From positions 1,632,001 through 1,696,000 of the forward strand of contig CAWKMU010000003.1 in assembly GCA_963850905.1 (NCBI GenBank): 64,000 nt of DNA. The letters run 5' to 3'. Shown piece by piece: positions 43,453-57,533 of this stretch. The position numbers and the translations under genes were made by a program. The DNA comes from an uncultured Gemmatimonadales bacterium. Its GTDB lineage: Bacteria; Gemmatimonadota; Gemmatimonadetes; Gemmatimonadales; Gemmatimonadaceae. A model generated the notes under the pieces. That model ran no database searches, had not been told where the DNA came from, and saw nothing but the letters and a program-made list of their open reading frames with translations. How positions within the stretch are numbered: position 1 is the first letter of the stretch; the number at the start of each line of letters is the position of its first letter.

Positions 43453-43593
43453 TCAGGGCGTGGAAGGTGGCCCGGCGATGTGCGTGTACAGCCAGAGGGC
43501 AATCGCGAGAAACACCGCGACGGCCTTGTATCCCAACCGCTCCGTGAATGCTGCCGTCACTCGGCGTCGAATCCGAGCAGTGCGGGGCGTCAC
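43453..43593 (-). CDS. 46-aa single-TM peptide resembling a CdaR/YbbR N-terminal anchor
   Basis: My translation MTPRTARIRRRVTAAFTERLGYKAVAVFLAIALWLYTHIAGPPSTP; GTGA overlap with the tlpA stop. Confidence 0.55.
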   Translation of the reverse strand: MTPRTARIRRRVTAAFTERLGYKAVAVFLAIALWLYTHIAGPPSTP

Positions 43594-44189
43594 GAGGCCG
43601 GCTCCCGCAGCAGCTGGCCGATGAGCGACTCGTTGCCCGGCGATCCCCAGTCCGCTGCGCCGATCACCTTTTTGCGAATGATGCCATCGCGGGCAATCAC
43701 GAAGGTCTCCGGAACCCCGGTAGTCTGGTACTCCTGCTCAATCTCGCCGGGCGCGCGCGAGCCGTCCGATGTAAAAGGGGCCACGGTGGGATCGCGCAGG
43801 ATCTCGAATGTCAGCCCGTACTGTTTCGCAAACGCCTTGATCGTCGAGTCCATGCCCGGCGCGTCGACGCTGACGGCGACAATATGCAGCCCGCGCGGGC
43901 CATACACACGCTGCAAGGCTTCGATCGAGGGCATCTCCACGCGACAGGGCGCACACCAGGTCGCCCAGACGTTCAGCAGCACGACATCGCCCTTGTAGTC
44001 CCGCAGCGTTCTGGCCTGGGATGTCGGCCCGGCCGGTACGACGACGGGGACCGCGCGGAAGTCCGGCGCGCGGGACCCGAGTGTGACGAGAGCGAACTGT
44101 CGGACGATGAAGTGATTGGCTATCGCGAACACGATCGCCAGTGCGATGACGACGCCCCCGACTACTCCGAGCTGCTCACGGGCCGTCAT
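43590..44189 (-). CDS. TlpA family protein disulfide reductase
   Basis: N-terminal TM, NVWATWCAPC..EMP, VPETFVI. Confidence 0.92.
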   Translation of the reverse strand: MTAREQLGVVGGVVIALAIVFAIANHFIVRQFALVTLGSRAPDFRAVPVVVPAGPTSQARTLRDYKGDVVLLNVWATWCAPCRVEMPSIEALQRVYGPRGLHIVAVSVDAPGMDSTIKAFAKQYGLTFEILRDPTVAPFTSDGSRAPGEIEQEYQTTGVPETFVIARDGIIRKKVIGAADWGSPGNESLIGQLLREPAS

Positions 44190-44196
44190 AGGCGCC

Positions 44197-44862
44197 TCAC
44201 GCCAGGCTCGTGCACCGTGCACGCAAGGCGCGGATCTCGGCTGCCGGACCGTCCGCCCCGAACACGGCTTGTCCCGCGACAAAGGTGTCCGCGCCGGCCT
44301 GCCAGGCGGCCCCGATGGTATCGCGATTGATGCCGCCGTCCACCTCGAGTCGGGCGCGACTCCCCGTTGCGCGCAGCAATACCCGGGTCCGGGCGAGCTT
44401 GTCCAGCGAGTATCGGATGAACTCCTGGCCGCCGAAGCCCGGATTGACCGACATGACAAGGGCGAGGTCGATGAAACCGGCGACCTCGCGCAGGGCTTCG
44501 ACGGGCGTGGCGGGGTTGATCGCGACGCCGGCGGCGCAGCCCAGCTCCTTGATGCGGCACAGATGGCGGTCCAGGTGCGCAGTGGCCTCTGCGTGAATCG
44601 TCATGCCACTGGCACCGGCACTCGCAAACGAGTCGAAGTAGCGTTCGGGCTCGACCACCATCATGTGGACGTCGAGGGGGAGCGCCGTAAGGCCACGTAC
44701 CGTCTCGATCATCTTGGCGCCGAAGGTGAGGTTCGGGACGAACCGGCCATCCATCACATCGAGATGGAGCGCGTCCGCGCCACCCGCTTCGCACGCCGCC
44801 ACCGCGGCAGGGAGGTGGGCCCAATCCGCGCTGAGCAAGGACGGCGCAATCCACACGCTCAC
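44197..44862 (-). CDS. rpe: Ribulose-phosphate 3-epimerase
   Basis: IAPSLLSAD, HLDVMDG, MSVNPGFGGQ, VDGGI. Confidence 0.96.
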   Translation of the reverse strand: MSVWIAPSLLSADWAHLPAAVAACEAGGADALHLDVMDGRFVPNLTFGAKMIETVRGLTALPLDVHMMVVEPERYFDSFASAGASGMTIHAEATAHLDRHLCRIKELGCAAGVAINPATPVEALREVAGFIDLALVMSVNPGFGGQEFIRYSLDKLARTRVLLRATGSRARLEVDGGINRDTIGAAWQAGADTFVAGQAVFGADGPAAEIRALRARCTSLA

Positions 44863-45590
44863 CGGTGCGCCCCGGCCGAGACGGTGAGATCGATGGCCGT
44901 ACCCGCGGCAACCGCCACGCCCTCGACCGGACTTTGGGCGGTCACGGTGCCTGCAGGCTCGGTGGACGTCGAATCCAGCTTGCTCGTCGTAGCAGTCAGC
45001 CCGACCTGCTCGAGCTGCGCCCTCGCCTCGCCGAAGGGGCGACCGACGAGATACGGCACCTCGATCGTCGCAGGGCCCGCGCTGACGACGAGGGCAATCG
45101 CCGACGGCAAAATGAGTTGCGTGCCCGCCGCGGGAGACATCGACAGCACTTCCCCGCGCCGCACGGGACTCTCGTGCTCGCGGATGTCGCCGACCTCGAG
45201 GCCCACCTTCTCGAGCGCCAGCTGCGCTTCCTCGCGGTCCATGCCGACGACGTTGGGCGCCGCGGCCCGACGCTGGCCCGCGCTGACATCGAGCACGATC
45301 CGCGAGCCTCTTGCGGCCGATGTGGCCGGGCCCGGGGTCTGCGACAAGACGGTCGACCGTGGCGATCCGACGTTGTAGCGCGACTCGCCCTGTTGTGCGC
45401 GAAAGCCGACAGCGTTCAGGCGCATGGCGGCTTCGTCGAAGGACAGTCCCAGCACGTTAGGCACCTTGGCGTCCTCAGGCTCGCCCCGGACGGGGAAGAC
45501 AAAGACGAGCACAAGAAGGTAGGCGATCGCGAATCCGCCGATACCCGCGCCGAGATAGGGGAGAAGCCGTCGCAGTGAGAGTCGTGCCAT
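44859..45590 (-). CDS. Membrane-anchored triple-PASTA-domain protein
   Basis: TM followed by VPNVLG, PNVVG and VPYLVG repeats. Confidence 0.9.
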   Translation of the reverse strand: MARLSLRRLLPYLGAGIGGFAIAYLLVLVFVFPVRGEPEDAKVPNVLGLSFDEAAMRLNAVGFRAQQGESRYNVGSPRSTVLSQTPGPATSAARGSRIVLDVSAGQRRAAAPNVVGMDREEAQLALEKVGLEVGDIREHESPVRRGEVLSMSPAAGTQLILPSAIALVVSAGPATIEVPYLVGRPFGEARAQLEQVGLTATTSKLDSTSTEPAGTVTAQSPVEGVAVAAGTAIDLTVSAGAHR

Positions 45591-47109
45591 CACGCAGTCA
45601 GGCCGCCGCGGCGGCGGAGACGCGCGGCAAACGCGCCGTCGATGTCATGGCGCTGCGGCAAGGTGCGCAGTCGACCTGCGTCGAGCGCGGCTGTGGGCAC
45701 CACCTGGTCGGCTGGTGGCTCCAGCGCAAACTCGGGGTGGTCGGCGAGAAACGCCTCGATCTGCATGTCGTTCTCTTCGGGCTCGAGCGAACATGTCGAG
45801 TAGATGAGCAGACCGCCGGGGCGCACAACTGTTGCCGCCGAGCGCAGCAACGCGCGTTGCGCCGCCGTCACCACGGCGAGGTCCGAAAGCTTGAGACGCC
45901 ATCGCGCATCGGGATGCCGCCTGAACGTACCGGTGCCGGTGCATGGCGCGTCGATGAGGATCGCGTCGAGCGGGCGCGTCGCGGGGGCCAGGCCGTCGGC
46001 CACGAGCGCCACGATGTTCCGCGCTTCGAGGCGCTCGATGTTGGCAATCAGGCGCTCGAGGCGCACTGGTGAACGGTCGCTCGCGACGACGAGCCGTGCC
46101 TCGCGGGACAGTTCCAACGCCTTGCCACCTGGGGCCGCACAGAGATCGCCCACGACGCTTCCACTCGGAATGGATGCGTATTGCGCGACCAGCGTCGCGG
46201 CGGGGTCCTGCACGAAGAACAGTCCCTGGCGGTAGGCTCCCAGCTCGGCCAGCGCCGGCGTCGCGCGAAACAAGACACTGTCCCGAACGAGCGGCGGTTC
46301 GCCGACATGCACGCCAGCGGCTTCGAGCATCGCTTCGAGCTGCTCTCGTACGATGCCGTACGGGCGGACCACGAGCGGGGCTTCCGAATTGTTGGTGTGC
46401 AGAAGAGCGGCGGTCTCTTCAGCCCCCCAACGCGCGAGCCAGCGGGCAACGAGCCATCGCGGATGCGAGTAGCGCAAGGCCAGAGCATCCAGCGGGTCTG
46501 CTGGCACGGCGGGTTCCAGCCCCGATGGATCGCTCGTGCGGTCGCGATCGAGTCGGCGCAGCACAGCGTTGGCGAGACGGCTCGCGCCAATGCCGTGGCG
46601 GCGTTTCGTAAGCTCCACGGTCTGCGCGATGGCGGCGTAGGCCGGCACGCTTCCCATGCACAGCAGCTGGTACGCACCAAGGCGCAGCAGATCGGTCAGG
46701 TCCGCATCGAGGCGGGCGAGCCCACCGCGGACGCGCGCAGACAACACGGCGTCGATCCACGCCCGGTGGCGCAGCATGCCGTAAACGAGCTCCTGCGTCC
46801 AGCGGCGGTCGCGCGCGTCGAGGCCAGCAGCGCGCCGCTCAAACGCACGATCGAGGAGATCGCCTTGGCGCAAGTCCGCGCAGACCGTCTGCAGCAGCAA
46901 CGCGAGAGTCGGTAACGCCGCCGACCGGGTGCCGCGCCGACGTCGCCCCAGCGCCGACGCCGGGGTTCGACTCGCGCGCCGACATCCTCCGGCCCGATCG
47001 GCATGTCACCGCCCTCCGCGGCCACCGCGACGGGCGGCGTCGGGCCATCGGCTGGAGGTACCCGGGTCATTGGACCGGCAGTGTGGGTGCCGGGATCGTC
47101 ATCCGTCAT
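45590..47109 (-). CDS. rsmB: 16S rRNA m5C967 methyltransferase, frameshifted in the N-terminal region
   Basis: NusB-like domain, [27 protein letters not shown]. Confidence 0.92.
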
Positions 47110-47922
47110 CCCAGCATGCCGGCGCGCGGCGACGACGGCACGGCCACTTCACGGCGTGGCATACGGCCGGCAAGGAACGCGAGCCGGCCGGCGTCGACGG
47201 CCAGGCGCATCGCGGCGGCCATCCGGACGGGATCTTGCGCCGCCGCCAGACCGGTGTTCATGAGGACCCCATCGACGCCCTGCTCCATGGTAATGCACGC
47301 GTCGGAAGCCGTGCCCACGCCGGCATCGACGATCACCGGGACGCCGAGCCGGTGCTTGATCGTGCGAATCGCAAACGGGTTGAGGAGCCCGAGCCCGGAG
47401 CCAATCGGCGAGGCCAGCGGCATGACGGCGACCGCGCCGGCGTCCTCGAGGCGCAATGCCGTTATGAGGTCGTCGTTGGTGTACGCCATGACCTGAAATC
47501 CCTCGGCGGCCAGGGTGCGTGTGGCCTCGACGACACCGACGGGGTCGGGCAGCAGCGTCTGCTCGTCGGCGATCACCTCGAGCTTGACCCACTCGTTGAA
47601 GCCAGCAGCTCGCGCAAGCCGCGCGTACCGCACTGCGTCGGCCACGTTGTAGCAGCCGGCGGTGTTGGCCAGCAGAAATATCTGCGCCAGGATCGAGGTG
47701 CGCGAGCATGCCCTCCTCGTTGCCGCGATCCAGATCCACGCGACGAACAGCGACCGTCACGACCTCGGCGCCGGACGCCTCGATCGCGCGCCGCATGAGC
47801 TCCAGGGACGTGTACTTGCCCGTGCCCACCATCAGGCGTGAGCGAAACTCGCGGCCCGCCGATGGTGAGCGGGGCGTCGAGCGTTGCGTGCTCTGCGGCG
47901 AATGATGGCGGCCACGGGTCAT
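47106..47922 (-). CDS. thiG: Thiazole synthase, frameshifted
   Basis: [31 protein letters not shown]. Confidence 0.92.
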
Positions 47923-48212
47923 CCACCTCCAACAAAGTGGACGAGCTCGAGCACGTCGCCGGCACTGAGATGTCGGCGAGCGTACGAGCTCCGGTCCCGC
48001 AGGATCTCCCGATTGTGTTCGACCACGATCGCCCGCGGGTCGAGCGCGAGCGCACGGAGCACGTCCGCCAGCGTCGCGTCCGCCGGGACCGTGCGCACGT
48101 CACCGTTGATGGTCACGGCAATCGATTGGCCGGCATCGTCGCGATGCGGCGCGTCAGGAGAGCTCGCCCGCCCCACCGCGATCAGCGGCTCGTGCGTCTC
48201 GGACGGCGTCAT
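47919..48212 (-). CDS. thiS: Sulfur carrier protein (start uncertain)
   Basis: ING, VEHNREI, C-terminal VHFVGGG. Confidence 0.9.
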   Translation of the reverse strand: MTPSETHEPLIAVGRASSPDAPHRDDAGQSIAVTINGDVRTVPADATLADVLRALALDPRAIVVEHNREILRDRSSYARRHLSAGDVLELVHFVGGG

Positions 48213-48864
48213 ACGCCGAAAGATAGTCGGCGGCTGCACGTTCGGCATCGACCGCATGCCAGATCCCCCGAATCACTGCGACGCCATGTGCACCGGCGGT
48301 CAAGAGCTGGCGCACGTGCGTCGGCCGCACCCCGCCGATCGCAATGACCGGGATCGGCACGGCGGCGCAGATGTCGGCCAGGAACGATGTCCCGCGCTCG
48401 GGCGCGCCAGGCGTGCGATGGCGTCGCGAAAGACGTGTCCCGCTACCAACCAGGCGGGCGTGCCATCCTCCGCCTTCTCGATTGCTGCACGCGCTTCCTC
48501 AACGCTGTGTACGCTCGCACCGATCTCGATCGGTGCGAACTGGGCCCGCGCAACGTGGACGCGTCTGACGCGCATTCGAGAGCGTCAGGCTGCGAGTGGT
48601 GAGCTGCACTGCCCGCGCGCCCACGCAGAGTGCCACATCAACGCGATCATTGACGACGAGCCACGCGCCAGTCGCCGTCCTGGTAGTGTGCGAGCTCGGT
48701 CGCAAGGTCGAATAGCCGGCGGCCACTGGCCGCGTTGGCTCGCAGGTGCACGGCGCCGCGGGGACCGAGCGCGCGCATGACGGCGGCGCGCAAGTGGGAT
48801 GAAGTCTGGCCGAGCGACGATGTCGTCTGCTCGTGACCGCGTGAACGACCGGTAGCGATGTCAC
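48154..48864 (-). CDS. thiE: Thiamine phosphate synthase / TenI-like, several frameshifts
   Basis: VVNDRVDVAL, GASVHS and PVIAIGG pieces in different frames. Confidence 0.8.
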
Positions 48865-49823
48865 GACCCGAACCGGTCGCGGACACGAATGCCGCGGCCG
48901 CGAGCCCACTCGGACGGCCGTCATGCGGGATCGTCCCGCGGGCTGAACCTGTGCAATGCGCACCGCGCCGTTCGCCGCAGGCGACCGTGCACCCCGCCTC
49001 GTCGATGGCGCAGCACGGTGCCTGGCCTCTGCCGCACCGGCTTGTGTGTCCGCGTGTCCGCTCGCGTGACAACCTGGGCGCCGAAGAGCTTGACCTCTCC
49101 CGCCGGGCCGATCGTCGTCGCGCCGGGTCGGGGGTCATAGGCGCGCACCGCCCGCGCGACGAGATCCGCGGACTGCGACCAGTCGATTCGCGCCGCCGCC
49201 TTGCTCCACCTTGGGCGCGTATGTGGCGGCGGCGTCGTCCTGCGGGTGACTCGGTGGCCGCACCCAGCTCGACCAGAGCGAGAGCCTCGACGAGCGCTTG
49301 GGTGCCGAGCTCGGAGAGGCGGAGCTGGAGCTCGCCGTACGTCTCATCCGCTGCGATTGGCGTGGCGATTTGCAGCAAGCACGGGTCCCGCATCGAGCGC
49401 CGGCACGATCCGCATGATCGATACGCCGGTCTCGGTGAGGCCCTCTCGAATGGCTGCCTGGATGGGTGCCGCTCCCCGTAGCAGCGGGAGCAGTGAGGCG
49501 TGTACGTTGAGCGTTCCGAGAGGCGGCAGGCCGATGAGGTCGGACCGGAGCAGGTGGCCGTAGGCCACGACGACCGAGATGTCGGGGCCGAGCAACCGCA
49601 CCGTGTCCAGAAAGTCGGCGCCCCGCGGCTGCTCCGGCTCGAGCACCGTCAACCCCTCGGCGACCGCGGCCGGCTTGACCGGGGACGGCACAGCCTGCGA
49701 GCGCGAGCGCCCCTGGGGGCGGTCCGGCCGGGTCACGACCCCCACGACATCAAACCCCTCGCCCAGTAACGCCCGGAGCGACGGCACCGCGAAGTCGGGA
49801 GTGCCGAAGAACAGGATCTGCAT
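48861..49823 (-). CDS. fmt: Methionyl-tRNA formyltransferase, frameshifted
   Basis: FFGTPDFA, NVHASLLP..RGAAPI, TYAPK, RAYDPRPG. Confidence 0.92.
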
Positions 49824-49883
49824 GGGCAAAGAAACGGGGTCAGGGACCAGGGGAGCGACAATCACAACCACAACGACAACGGC

Positions 49884-50023
49884 GGGCGGGCTGAAGCCCG
49901 CCCCTACATGTTGCTGCGGACGGCGTCACCTCAGGACTCGTCGACAGTCGACGCAGGTGCTTAGGGAGCACCCTCGAGTTTCACCTTTCATGCCGACATG
50001 TAGGGGCGGGCTTCAGCCCGCCC
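49884..50023. repeat. GTAG-type REP doublet copy 3, nested in heptamer arms (~49836-50075)
   Basis: REPs at 49884-49907 and 50000-50023; 92-bp spacer similar to copy 1. Confidence 0.9.
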
Positions 50024-50079
50024 GCCGTTTGTCGTGGACGCCGTGGTCCCTGATCCCTGATCGCTGAACCCCGGCCCCC

Positions 50080-50669
50080 CTATAGCTCCTCATCCGCTCG
50101 GCTGTCGTCATGGTGCTCCGCAATCGCCGTGGCAGGGACAATGGTTCGAATCAGCGCCGGGTATTTCACCTTCTCCTCTTCCCATTTCGCCAGCGCAGAG
50201 CGGCGCTTGAAGATCCCGAAGTAGTCGATGAAGAGCTTGCCGTGCAGGTGATCGATCTCGTGCTGAAGGCAGCGCGCCAAGAGATCGGTGCCTTCGATCT
50301 CGAACGGGTGGCCGTCGCGATCCAGCGCGCGGACAACGACCCGTGCTGCCCGCTCGACATCGCCGTAGATCTCGGGGATCGACAGACAACCTTCCTCGCC
50401 GCGCACGCGATCCTTCGTGCACGAGGATCTCCGGGATTGACGAGGGCGACGGGATGCTGTCGCCCGCCCGTCGCGGTCGACATCGATCACGGTGATGCGC
50501 TCGCGTCCGGCCAACCTGGGGCGCGGCCAGACCGATGCCGCGTGCCGCATACATCGTCTCGAACATGTCATCGATCAGGCGTCGCGGACGTCGTCGGTGA
50601 CCGGCGGTGACCGGCTTGGTCTCCTGTCGGAGGATCTGCGGAGCCGAGTACGTGGATGCCGAGCACGGC

Positions 50670-50673
<4 letters not shown>
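50080..50673 (-). CDS. def: Peptide deformylase, frameshifted
   Basis: [22 protein letters not shown]. Confidence 0.93.
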
Positions 50674-52235
<1,562 letters not shown>

Positions 52236-52237
52236 CG

Positions 52238-53340
52238 TCAGATGATCACCATCGCGTCGCCGTACGAGTAGAAACGGTACTGGCCGGCTACCGCCTCTCG
52301 ATACGCACGCATGGCGAGCTCGTAGCCGGCGAACGCGGCGACCAGCATGAGCAGCGTCGATCGCGGCAGGTGGAAATTGGTGATGAGCCGGTCCACGACC
52401 AGCCACGGGTACGGCGGACGGATGAATAGGCGCGTCTCCCCCGTGCCAGCGCGCACGCCCGCCGTCCGACAGGGCGGCACTCTCCAACGTCCGCGCCGCC
52501 GTCGTGCCGACGGCCCACACATGGTGCGCGCCGCGACGAGCGGTCGCGACGATCGCGACGGTCTCCGGGGGGACACTGTACCACTCCTCGTGCATGACGT
52601 GTTCGGCCGGATCCTCGGCCTCGACCGGCTTGAACGTCCCCGCGCCGACGTGCAGCACGACGTCGCGCGCGCACCACGCCGTGTGACTGCAGATCGGCGA
52701 GCAGCTCAGGCGTGAAGTGCAGGCCGGCCGTCGGCGCCGCCACGGAGCCACGCTCGCGGGCGTACACGGTCTGGTACCGATCGACATCTGCCGAGCGTAT
52801 CGGGACGCGTCACGTACGGCGGGAGCGGGACGTGGCCAAATCGCTCGATGGCGTCGTCGACTGCCAGTGGCAGTGCGCAGACGCACGATGCGCGTGCGGC
52901 GGTCGGTGACTCGCTCGATCTCGACGGTCAGCTCTGGTGCGATCAGTGACGGTGCGGCCGGCGCCGAGCTTCCCGCCGGGACGAACGAGCGCTTCAAACC
53001 GCTCCTCGCCAATGGGCCGGAGCAGCAGGACCTCGGCCGGTGCGCCGGAGCCGACGTCGCGTGCCGAGGAGCCGCGCGCGTGAGCACGCGCGTCGTATTG
53101 AGAACGAGCACATCGCCTGGCGGTATGAGCGCCGCGAGATCGCGAAACGTCCGGTGGGTGATCGTGCCCGCTCGCGCGGTCGACGACCATCAACCGGCTG
53201 GCAGTCGCGCGGCTCGACGGGCACCTGCGCGATCCGGTCTGCTGGCGGCGGAAGATCGTAATCGGACGTGAGTACATGGCAGCCGGTATCGACCGGGCGA
53301 TCGGCGCGCGGATGGCTGCGAGACGAAGCAGTCGGTCGCT
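52238..53340 (-). CDS. queA: SAM:tRNA ribosyltransferase-isomerase, many frameshifts; start approximate
   Basis: [40 protein letters not shown]. Confidence 0.92.
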
Positions 53341-53342
53341 AC

Positions 53343-54411
<1,069 letters not shown>

Positions 54412-54450
54412 GACTGGTAGAATATACCACCGAATGAAGGCCGAAAGCTA

Positions 54451-54563
54451 GGGACTGGACGTTAGACGCCGGACGCTAGACGCTGGAGACGAACCTGAAG
54501 GGTCAGGCGCGGAGCATCTCCCTTGCCGCAGAGATTTGTTCTCCAGCGTCTAGCGTCTAGCCC
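54451..54563. repeat. Heptamer-armed hairpin element, type B copy 1
   Basis: (A/G)GACGCT-type arms with inverted AGCGTCT arms around a ~50-bp core. Confidence 0.82.
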
Positions 54564-54567
54564 CTCA

Positions 54568-55160
54568 TCATCGCATCTGGCTGAGCGCGGCCCGAATCAT
54601 CTCTGCGGCGGGGCGCACACCGCTGCCGTCGACCACCGCCCGGACGGCGCGCTCCGCGTCGCCGCGGGCGTAGCCAAGGCGCACGAGACCGAGAACCGCC
54701 TCGTCGACTGCCGGCGAAGCCGGGCGCGCGGCCGCTGATCTGGCGGCTCGAAGAGTGCTTCCAACTTGTCTGCGAGGTCGAGCACCAGCTGCTCGGCCTT
54801 CTTCTTGCCGACGCGCGGGACGCTTCGCAGCGTCGGGACGTCGCGCTCCCGGATCGCCCGCACCAGTCGCTCGCTCGAGAGCGTCGACAGAAGGCTGAGC
54901 GCGAGCGACGGGCCGATGCCCTTTGCCGCGAGCACGGCCCGAAACACCTGGCGATCGTAGGGCTGGCGAAGCCGAACAACTGCCAGCCGTCTTCCTTGAC
55001 CACGAGGTGCGTGTGCAGCGTGACGTCATGACCAGTCGCCGGCAGCGCTTCGAAGGTCGTGAGCGGGATCGCGAGGTCGTAGGCCACGCCGCCGGCGGTC
55101 AGGATCTCCGCGCGATCGATATCCTTGGCGAGCAGGCGGCCCGTGACTCGCTGAAATCAC
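54568..55160 (-). CDS. ruvA: Holliday junction branch migration protein, frameshifted
   Basis: LHTHLVVKED...LFGF, GIGP, VGKKKAE, LVRLGY. Confidence 0.92.
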
Positions 55161-55694
55161 GCACGGCGCTACGCGTCCCGCGTGCGTCCGGGCGATGACC
55201 CGTGCGGGCCGGATCGGCGGTCCGTCAGGCAGTAGGTGAGCGCGGCCGCCACGCCGTCGGCCGCGTCCGATCGGATAGCGGGGCCGATCGCAGGCGGAGG
55301 AGTCGCGTGAGCATGAACTGCACTTGCTCCTTGGTGGCGGCACCCGGTGCCGACGACCGCTTTCTTGATCACGGCGGGCGCGAACTCATGGACCTCGATG
55401 CCGGCGCGCGCGCCCGCCAGCAGGACCACGCCGCGGGCGTGGCCGAGCACGACGGTCGTGCGCACATTGCGTGCGTAGAAGACATCTTCGACCGCCAGCG
55501 CATCGGGCCGATGGCGCTCGATCAGCTCGACGACCCCCTCATAGATGTCCCGCAGTCGTCGCGGCAGCGGGTCGCGCGGTCGGGTGCGAATGACGCCGCA
55601 TTCGACCAGGACGGCGTGGCGCGGGCCCTCGACCCGCCGGACGACGCCATACCCCGTGGCTGCGGTGCCGGGATCGATCGCCGAGGATCGTCAC
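55157..55694 (-). CDS. ruvC: Crossover junction endodeoxyribonuclease, frameshifted; end approximate
   Basis: IDPG...[34 protein letters not shown]. Confidence 0.9.
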
Positions 55695-56438
55695 GCACGC
55701 GCCATGTCGGCGACATCCATGTCGAAGTTCGCGTCGACCTTCTGCACGTCGTCGAGTTCCTCGAGCTCCTCGAGCAGCTTGACGAGCGACTCCGCCGTCT
55801 TGCCTTCGACGCGCACCGTGGTTTTCGGGATCCATGCGACTTCGCTCTCGACCACCTGGATAGCCTTCGCGCTCGAGCGCGCGTGCGCACGGCGTGCACG
55901 GTCGCCGGCATCGGTCGTGATCGACGAATTGATCGTCCTCCCGACGGACGTCTTCGGCGCCCGCATCGAGCGCGACCTCCAGGACGGCGTCTTCCTCGTG
56001 AGCGGTCGCGTCGACGTAGATCTGGCCCTTGCGGTCGAACATCCAGGCGACGGAGTTGGTGGCGCCGAGATTGCCGCCGCCACGCGACAGCTTGTGGCGG
56101 ATCTCGGCCACCGTGCGCGTCGGATTGTCGGTGACCGTCTGGATCATGAGCGCGACGCCACCGGGGCCGAACCCCTCGTACATGACCTCAGTGTACTGGA
56201 CGCCTTCGAGCTCCCCGGTGCCCTTCTTGACGGCGCGCTCGATGTTCTCCTTGGGCATCGACGCCGCGCGTGCATTCTCGATGGCGGTGCGGAGCCGCGG
56301 ATTACCGCCGGGGTCACCGCCGCCCTGCTTCGCGGCTACGGTGATTTCGCGAATGAGCTTGGTGAACTGGGCCCCGCGCTTCGCGTCGGCCGCAGCCTTG
56401 TAGTGCTTGATCTGTTTCCATTTGCTGTGACCGGCCAT
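55691..56438 (-). CDS. yebC: YebC/PmpR family protein, frameshifted
   Basis: [26 protein letters not shown]. Confidence 0.94.
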
Positions 56439-56454
56439 GGTGGAAAAGATACAA

Positions 56455-56578
56455 GGGGCGAGGGGTAGGAGGTTAGACGCTAGACGCTGGACGCTAGAGA
56501 CCAACCTCAGAGACGAGCCGCGGTGCACGCAGCTGGCCCTGAGGTTTGCTTTCCAGCGTCTAGCTCTAGCGTCCAGCT
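56455..56578. repeat. Heptamer-armed hairpin element, type B copy 2
   Basis: AGACGCT arms; core AACCTCAG...CTGAGGTT. Confidence 0.82.
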
Positions 56579-57424
56579 CTATCGCTCCATCAGATCTTCA
56601 AACCGCATCCACTGCTTGTAGAAATACAGATCCACATAGCCGGTGGGACCGTTGCGGTTCTTGAGGGCGAGCAATTCGGTGGCGCCTTCGACGCTCAGGC
56701 CGCCCTGATACATCTCTTCGCGATAGAGACCGAGCACGATGTCGGCGTGCTGCTTGACGGCATGGAGGACGCCGAAGTCGTCGAGCGTCGGCCGCCGGTC
56801 CGAGCGCTCGCGGACGTGCGCGTCGAGATGCGTGACCAGCAGCATGGCGACGCCGAGGTCGACGGCGACGGTCTTGAGCGTACGCACGGCCGACGCCAGT
56901 TCCTCGTCCTGAGCAGTGCGCCCCGTGCTGAGCGTCTGCAGCGCATCGACGACGACCAGCTGCAGATCGCTTCGGGACTTGATCGCCTCGGTGAGTCCCT
57001 CGACACTAGCTGGCAATCGTTCGACCATGGGCGAGACATCGCGCAACCGTAGAGCCGCGGCTCCGACGCTGGCTCTGGTCGCCTCGTCGAGCGATCCCCG
57101 ACGCATGTCGTCGATGCGTGCGCGTCCTTCGAGCGCCAGCATGCGCTCGAGGACCCGATCGGTCGTGGCCTCGCCGGTGAAGAACACCACGGGCACCCCG
57201 GCCAGCGCGGCGCGCAACGCCACCGCAAGGGCGAGCGCCGATTTGCCGCTGCTGACGTCGCCGCCCAGGACGACGAGGTCGCCGCACCGCATCCCGCCAC
57301 CCAGAAACTGGTCGACGCTCGGGAAGCCGGTGGGTACCGTGTCGGTGGGACGCGTCCCGTCCGACCGTGCGTCGATGCGTCGAATGAGTTGCGACAGCGG
57401 TGAGATGTCGGTTGAGCGGGACAC
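56579..57424 (-). CDS. DnaB-like helicase C-terminal-domain-only protein
   Basis: [28 protein letters not shown]; ~281 aa, no N-terminal domain. Confidence 0.88.
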   Translation of the reverse strand: MSRSTDISPLSQLIRRIDARSDGTRPTDTVPTGFPSVDQFLGGGMRCGDLVVLGGDVSSGKSALALAVALRAALAGVPVVFFTGEATTDRVLERMLALEGRARIDDMRRGSLDEATRASVGAAALRLRDVSPMVERLPASVEGLTEAIKSRSDLQLVVVDALQTLSTGRTAQDEELASAVRTLKTVAVDLGVAMLLVTHLDAHVRERSDRRPTLDDFGVLHAVKQHADIVLGLYREEMYQGGLSVEGATELLALKNRNGPTGYVDLYFYKQWMRFEDLMER

Positions 57425-57533
57425 GAAGCGACCAGCGGTCGATGGACGGGAGAAATCGGGATGGGGTGGTCGGCGTGCGGCCCCCCGGGACTCGGCGAAC
57501 CTCTCGGGCAGGACGACCGACCGAGGGTGTGGG

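Noticed and set aside
43453..43455. Selenocysteine recoding of the TGA upstream of tsaD
   Set aside because: No recognisable SECIS hairpin and no catalytic Cys-equivalent context.
54451..56578. Hairpin cores as integron attC sites
   Set aside because: AAC...GTT ends occur, but there is no RYYYAAC/GTTRRRY match, no integrase, and the flanks are housekeeping genes.
56579..57424. Prophage or plasmid origin for the DnaB-like gene
   Set aside because: No integrase, primase, structural genes or obvious compositional shift nearby.
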